Positions 59,035 through 64,000 of a stretch of 64,000 nt of DNA are shown here, piece after piece. The stretch comes from Abditibacterium sp. (GTDB lineage Bacteria; Armatimonadota; Abditibacteriia; Abditibacteriales; Abditibacteriaceae), in the NCBI GenBank assembly GCA_965199495.1, contig CBDASK010000003.1:2880001-2944000 (forward strand), written 5' to 3'. Under the pieces are notes generated by a model, which did no database searches, was not told the origin of the DNA, and saw only the letters and a program-made list of their open reading frames with translations. Made by a program: the position numbers and the translations under genes. How positions within the stretch are numbered: the stretch's first letter is position 1; the number at the start of each line of letters is the position of its first letter.

Positions 59035-60183
59035 ATGTCTCAAACCCCCTTGAAAGTGATGCCGATTGTTGGCACTCGTCCCGAAGCGGTCAAAATGGCG
59101 CCGCTCATTAATCTGCTGCGCGCACGGCCCGACCAATTCGACGTGAAAGTCTGTGCCACCGCCCAGCATCGCGATATGCTCGACCAAGTGATGCAGGCGT
59201 TCGATGTCGGTTATGATTACGATCTCAACATCATGCAGCAGGGCCAGACTTTGACGCAAGTCACGACGCGCGCGCTCGAAGGTTTGGAAGGCGTTTTGAA
59301 AGAAGCCCGGCCCGATATCGTGTTGGCGCAGGGCGATACGACGACCGTGCTGGCGGCGAGTCTGGCTGCGGCTTATCAGCAAATCGCCTTTGGCCACGTC
59401 GAGGCGGGACTGCGCACCGATAACAAATTCGACCCGTTTCCCGAAGAACTCAATCGCCGTTTGACCACGCAAATCACCGATATGCACTTCGCGCCGACGG
59501 CTCAATCCAAAGCCAACTTGCTGCGCGAAGGCGTGCCGGAATCGAAAATTTATCTGACCGGCAATACGGTGATTGACGCGTTGTTGCAAGTCACGGACGG
59601 CGGGCAAAAAGCCATTGCGCAAAACGGAGAAAGTGGCGAAGGTCGCATGATTTTGGTGACGACGCACCGGCGCGAGAATTTGGGCGCGCCCTTAGAAAAC
59701 ATCGTCGGCGCGCTAAGCGATATTTTAGAGAAGTTTCCTGATGCCAACATCGTTTATCCGATGCACAAAAACCCGGCGGTGCGCGAAGTCGTGCGGCGCG
59801 TGCTGGGCGATAACTCGCGCGTGGATTTGATCGAGCCGCTCGATTATCTGCCGTTCGTTCGCGCGATGCAACGCGCGCACCTGATTTTGACCGATTCGGG
59901 CGGCGTGCAGGAAGAAGCGCCCGCGCTGGGCATTCCGGTTTTGGTGCTGCGCCGCACGACCGAGCGGCCCGAAGGCGTGAGCGCGGGCACGGCCAATTTG
60001 ATCGGCACCGAGCGCGCCGACATCGTCGAGGCCGCCAGCCAACTTTTGGGCGATGAGAACGCCTACGCTGCGATGAGCCACTCCGCCAACCCGTATGGCG
60101 ATGGCAAAGCGGGTGAGCGCATCGCGCAGGCGATGTTGCACTGGGCGGGCCGGGGCGAGCGGCCCGGCGATTTCGTGGTTTAG
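59035..60183 (+). CDS. wecB: UDP-GlcNAc 2-epimerase, non-hydrolysing
   Basis: GTRPEAVKMAP, QGDTTT, HVEAGLRT, TDSGGVQEEAP, NPYGDG. Confidence 0.96.
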   Translation: MSQTPLKVMPIVGTRPEAVKMAPLINLLRARPDQFDVKVCATAQHRDMLDQVMQAFDVGYDYDLNIMQQGQTLTQVTTRALEGLEGVLKEARPDIVLAQGDTTTVLAASLAAAYQQIAFGHVEAGLRTDNKFDPFPEELNRRLTTQITDMHFAPTAQSKANLLREGVPESKIYLTGNTVIDALLQVTDGGQKAIAQNGESGEGRMILVTTHRRENLGAPLENIVGALSDILEKFPDANIVYPMHKNPAVREVVRRVLGDNSRVDLIEPLDYLPFVRAMQRAHLILTDSGGVQEEAPALGIPVLVLRRTTERPEGVSAGTANLIGTERADIVEAASQLLGDENAYAAMSHSANPYGDGKAGERIAQAMLHWAGRGERPGDFVV

Positions 60184-60189
60184 CGAAGC

Positions 60190-60293
60190 CATCCGTAGAG
60201 ACGCCGATTTATCGCGTCTAAAACGTAAAGACTCCCGTGTAGCTCGCGGTAATTTTACGTTTTAGACGCGATAAATCGGCGTCTCTACGGATG
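60190..60293. repeat. GTAG-tagged REP doublet, family B (40-bp arms)
   Basis: 60190-60229 is the reverse complement of 60254-60293. Confidence 0.9.
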
Positions 60294-60316
60294 TCATTCA
60301 GCCTATTAATTAAAAA

Positions 60317-61534
60317 ATGTTTTTTTTATCTCCGCGCGAGCAACGCCATTGGAGCGACCGGCGCATTCTGATTTTAGTCGCGTTTTCGGCGCTTATCGTC
60401 ACTGTGATCTGGCATCTGCCGCAGGAAGCCGAATTTCTGTCGCACCGCACCGGCGAACTGTTTCTGGCGCTCACGCTCGCGATGGCGACGGTTTATATTT
60501 TGCGGCCCGTCGTGCGTTTTTTCGAGCGCTATTTTGGCTCGACGCACAAGGGCAAAATGTGGGCGACTTTAGCGACATTTGCCCTCGTTTGTGTGGCGCT
60601 TTACCTGATGTTTCTGGTCGGATTCAAGCCGGTGCAACGCGATGTCAGCGAACTGGTGAATGGGTTCTGGCCCCATGACCCCGCCGCGCGCAAGGCTCTC
60701 ATTGAACAGTGGCAACGTTCGATTAATCTGGCGCTCGAACCCTACCGCAGCTATTTGCCCGCCGACATGAGCGCCGATCCAGCCTACATTCGAGAACAGC
60801 TCAAGCCCATCACCCAAGGTTTGAGTCATTGGCTGTCCGGGCAAAAAGCGCATCTGGGCTTTATCGTCGAATTATTATTGATCCCCGTGCTGGCGTTCTA
60901 TTTTCTGGCCGAGGGGCCAGAAATTCGCCGCGAAGCGCGTCTGTTTGTGCCCGCCAGTTGGCGCGCGCCGATTTCGCGTATGGCGCACCATTTCGATTTC
61001 GTGTTGGACGGCTACGTGCGCGGCCAATTGTGGATGTGCATCATCGCGTGGGTTTTGGTGACGATTACCCTACTCATTCTGGGCGTGCCGCACGCCGTCA
61101 CGCTGGGATTAATCGCCGGAATCACGCGCGCCGTCCCGGTTATCGGGCCGCTACTTGGCGCGATTCCGCTTTTAATCGTCTGTTTGTTCTATACCAAAAG
61201 CATGCAAACAACCGGCATTTTGCTGGGCGCTTTTATGCTGATGCACTTGCTGGAATCGAAGATTTTGCTGCCCAAAATCGTCGGACATCACGTCGATTTA
61301 CATCCGGTTTCGGTCATCATCGCGCTCTTAATCGGACTCGAATTTTTCGGTTTCATCGGCGTGTTTCTGGCCGTCCCGATTGCGGCGGTCATCAAAATTA
61401 TGCTGGTCGAATATCAAACGTCGCAAGCGCAGAAGTTGGCTTTGTCTGGCGCCGTGGCTGTTGATGGGGGCGCACCAGAAGTTATCGAAATCGAGAAAGT
61501 CGGGGCGGACGATGAAAGAAATTCCGAGATTTAA
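60317..61534 (+). CDS. AI-2E family transporter
   Basis: GYVRGQL, VPVIGP, PKIVG..LHP, GVFLAVP. Confidence 0.9.
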   Translation: MFFLSPREQRHWSDRRILILVAFSALIVTVIWHLPQEAEFLSHRTGELFLALTLAMATVYILRPVVRFFERYFGSTHKGKMWATLATFALVCVALYLMFLVGFKPVQRDVSELVNGFWPHDPAARKALIEQWQRSINLALEPYRSYLPADMSADPAYIREQLKPITQGLSHWLSGQKAHLGFIVELLLIPVLAFYFLAEGPEIRREARLFVPASWRAPISRMAHHFDFVLDGYVRGQLWMCIIAWVLVTITLLILGVPHAVTLGLIAGITRAVPVIGPLLGAIPLLIVCLFYTKSMQTTGILLGAFMLMHLLESKILLPKIVGHHVDLHPVSVIIALLIGLEFFGFIGVFLAVPIAAVIKIMLVEYQTSQAQKLALSGAVAVDGGAPEVIEIEKVGADDERNSEI

Positions 61535-61562
61535 AAGCTATAGTTCGTTAATACGTTACGAC

Positions 61563-61638
61563 AGCGGGGCTAACGCATCCTTCCAATCCATATAACCTCG
61601 AAGAACCCCGCCGATTGGAAGGGTGCGTCAGCCCCGCT
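61563..61638. repeat. REP-like hairpin, family C
   Basis: 76 bp; arms match 5634 and 9221. Confidence 0.9.
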
Positions 61639-61786
61639 GCCTTGGCGCTGAAACATGAGATTTAGCTTAGAGTTTGCGCCCGATTCACGCCCATAGCGCG
61701 CAAACAATTGTAACCTCGTGTTGCCAGCGCGCTCCGTTGCGTCACACTGTTGGCTCGACTTTGCCTCGCTGTCTTTCATCGCATCC

Positions 61787-62737
61787 ATGAATTCCTCCGT
61801 TCTCTTGCGCGCCGCTCGCCGCTTGCTGCGTCCGCTCGCCCCGTTTTTTGCTTTTGTTGTCCCGCTCCTCACAGCAGCCACCGCCCACGCCCAGACCGCC
61901 GCACCTGCGGCGCCCGCCGTTCCACAACCGCATATCGAAGTCTGGCAATCCATCGTTTTGGGTTTGGTGCAGGGTTTGACCGAATTCATTCCGGTTTCGT
62001 CGTCGGCGCATCTCAACATTGCCCACAGGCTGATGGGGCAACCGCGCCAACTGACGCTCGATGTCTTTTTGAGCATCGGCACGACCGTGGCTTTGGTCTG
62101 GTATTTTCGCCACGATTGGAAGGAATTGCTGACGGTCAAAAAACTCGCCAAATTGCGCAATTTAGTGTTTATTTCGTGCGTTCCGGCGGCCATCGCGGGC
62201 GTTTTACTGCGCGGTCTGGAAGACAAATATCCGCTTTTTGCCGACATTCGTTTCAACGCGGCTATGCTCGCCATCGCGGGCGCGGTCTTGATGATTTCCG
62301 ATCAGGTCGGCACCAAAGAGCGTGGAATTGAAAAAATCACGCTGCAAGACGCGTTGATTATCGGCGCCTCGCAGGCGCTGGCGCTGATTCCGGGCGTTTC
62401 GCGTTCGGGTTCGACGCTGACGGCGGGCCTGTTTCTGGGCTTGCAGCGCGCCGATGCCGCGCGTTTTTCGTTCTTGATGTCGCTGCCGATTACCCTTGGC
62501 GCCATCGCGTTCGAGTTGCGCAAATTTATTAAAGATGGTAGTCCGATGGGCGATACGCCTTATTCCACGATTGCCATTGGCATTGTGGCGGCGGCGATTT
62601 CCGGGTTCTGGGCGATTGGCTTCTTGCTAAACTATCTCAAGACCAAAGATGTGACCCCGTTTTTCATCTGGCGTCTGGCGGTTGCCCTGCTGGTTTTCGG
62701 ATTGATTTTGAGCGGATTGGTGGACGCCACCGCTTGA
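61787..62737 (+). CDS. uppP: Undecaprenyl-diphosphatase
   Basis: GLVQGLTEFIPVSSSAHL, QALALIPGVSRSGST, ARFSFLMS; N-terminal signal-like extension. Confidence 0.95.
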   Translation: MNSSVLLRAARRLLRPLAPFFAFVVPLLTAATAHAQTAAPAAPAVPQPHIEVWQSIVLGLVQGLTEFIPVSSSAHLNIAHRLMGQPRQLTLDVFLSIGTTVALVWYFRHDWKELLTVKKLAKLRNLVFISCVPAAIAGVLLRGLEDKYPLFADIRFNAAMLAIAGAVLMISDQVGTKERGIEKITLQDALIIGASQALALIPGVSRSGSTLTAGLFLGLQRADAARFSFLMSLPITLGAIAFELRKFIKDGSPMGDTPYSTIAIGIVAAAISGFWAIGFLLNYLKTKDVTPFFIWRLAVALLVFGLILSGLVDATA

Positions 62738-62928
62738 TCCTTCGTATCCAAAAACGCCGGTTTTGTCCCGAAGTATTTGAAGTTAAAACGCACCGATTTT
62801 TCATTGATGTGGGCGTAGGCAAGAACCGTTCATTTCCCGTTTAGCGACTGGCGTTTTGGCGTCCATAGCAATTCATTTATGCTTTTCATGCTTCTTTCCG
62901 GTGAAATTTTCGATACGCGAGGTGCCAT

Positions 62929-64000
62929 TTGGCGCGTGTAATCTGTGGCCGTTGCGGTCACTATACCGTTGACGGCTCGACCTATTGTGCCATTGATCAT
63001 TGGGTTTTGCTCGATGAACTGCCCAGCACGCAGGAATCCAACGCCAAGCGCGTTGATTTCGTTTTGCCCGAACAACACGCGGGCCTGTTCGCGCGTCGCA
63101 ATCAGGAAAAACAGCGCGACAATTTGGAGCGTTCCTACAAGCAGAACTTGGAATCGCGTCTGGAAAAGTGGGAAAAACAGCTCGAAGACGATCCCGACAA
63201 CGCCTCCATTACGCGCCGTATGGGATTGTTGGCCCTCCTCGAAGGCCAAGTCGAGCGCGCCGGAGCGTTATTCGAGCGCGCCCGCTCGCTGGAACCGGGC
63301 GATTTCGAATCAATGGTCAACCACGCAGTTACTCTGGCGCGGCGTGGCCGCTTGCAACCCGCCATTGATTTGCTGCTCAAAGCCCGCGAGCAACGAAACG
63401 ATTCGCCGCTCGTGCTGTTCAATCTGGCTCTCGTCGGCTTGCAAGCGCGGCGTCCCAAGCAGGTTTATGAGGCGATTGATGCGCTGGAAAAATTGTGGCA
63501 AAACAACGGTCTCATCGCCAGAGATTATCACGACGACGGCGTGACGTTGCGCGGTTTGGCTTTGCTACTGGAAGACAAACCGCAAGAGGCGTTGGTGCAA
63601 CTCGAATCCGCCGCGCGGCATCGCGTTGACTTGGGCGTGACCGAGGCCGAGATGAACAATCGTCGCCACGCCGAGCGGCGCCAGCGCGACCGGCGCCAAC
63701 GCGATGTGCCCGTCGAAAACGACCGCCGCCAAGGGCCACGCCGCAAAGGAGACCGGCGCCAAGAAGTCGAACTCATCGAATTTCTGGAAAACGGCGGCTT
63801 CAACGAAGCCGGGCAAAGTCTGGGCGCGGCGCAGGTGGGCGGCGCGGGGGCCAACGCCGAAATGATGCTGCCGGGACAGAGCGCCGAGGCCGATTCGCTC
63901 AACAATTTGGCGCTGGCCGAAGCTGCGCTGGGCCAGACCGACCGCGCCGTGGCTCGTCTGCGCGCCGCGCTGCGATTGGAGCCGGGACATTTGCAAGCGC
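62929..64000 (+). CDS. TPR-repeat protein with N-terminal Zn ribbon, partial (absent from the ORF track because it has no stop)
   Basis: GAGGTG then TTG; MARVICGRCGHY..YC; TPR helices ALFERARSLEP, LFNLALV, LNNLALAEAALG; open to window end. Confidence 0.82.
   Translation, partial: MARVICGRCGHYTVDGSTYCAIDHWVLLDELPSTQESNAKRVDFVLPEQHAGLFARRNQEKQRDNLERSYKQNLESRLEKWEKQLEDDPDNASITRRMGLLALLEGQVERAGALFERARSLEPGDFESMVNHAVTLARRGRLQPAIDLLLKAREQRNDSPLVLFNLALVGLQARRPKQVYEAIDALEKLWQNNGLIARDYHDDGVTLRGLALLLEDKPQEALVQLESAARHRVDLGVTEAEMNNRRHAERRQRDRRQRDVPVENDRRQGPRRKGDRRQEVELIEFLENGGFNEAGQSLGAAQVGGAGANAEMMLPGQSAEADSLNNLALAEAALGQTDRAVARLRAALRLEPGHLQA

Overview
Bacterial chromosomal segment of about 60% GC. Gene content and style suggest Abditibacteriota/Armatimonadota (inference only). 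The left half is almost all minus strand: a large secreted Ig-repeat protein, mreBCD, maf, tRNA-Leu(UAA), an rsbV-rsbW-sigB/F module, rarA, and a ~15 kb Ter stress/defence cluster (4 TerD-domain genes, TerY-PP2C-kinase triad, TerY-C, 3 AIM24, secreted vWA; a DUF475/TerC gene lies nearby). The right half is mostly housekeeping: UPF0182, gatCAB, def, three TlpA redoxins, surE, a Ski2-like helicase, glgP, wecB, uppP and a TPR protein. Two signals are not explained by the genes. (1) A non-palindromic motif, CG(C/G)CGTGGCTG(C/T), is extremely over-represented on both strands inside coding regions (by eye about 46 copies of the 8-mer core and 18 of the exact 12-mer CGCCGTGGCTGC), like a DNA-uptake-sequence type signal. 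(2) Heptamer-armed hairpin elements fill stop-to-start junctions of operons; one carries a four-helix-bundle (23S-IVP/bAvd-like) ORF and two ORF-less copies share its internal core. At least five other REP/MITE-like palindrome families are also present. All counts and alignments were done by eye.
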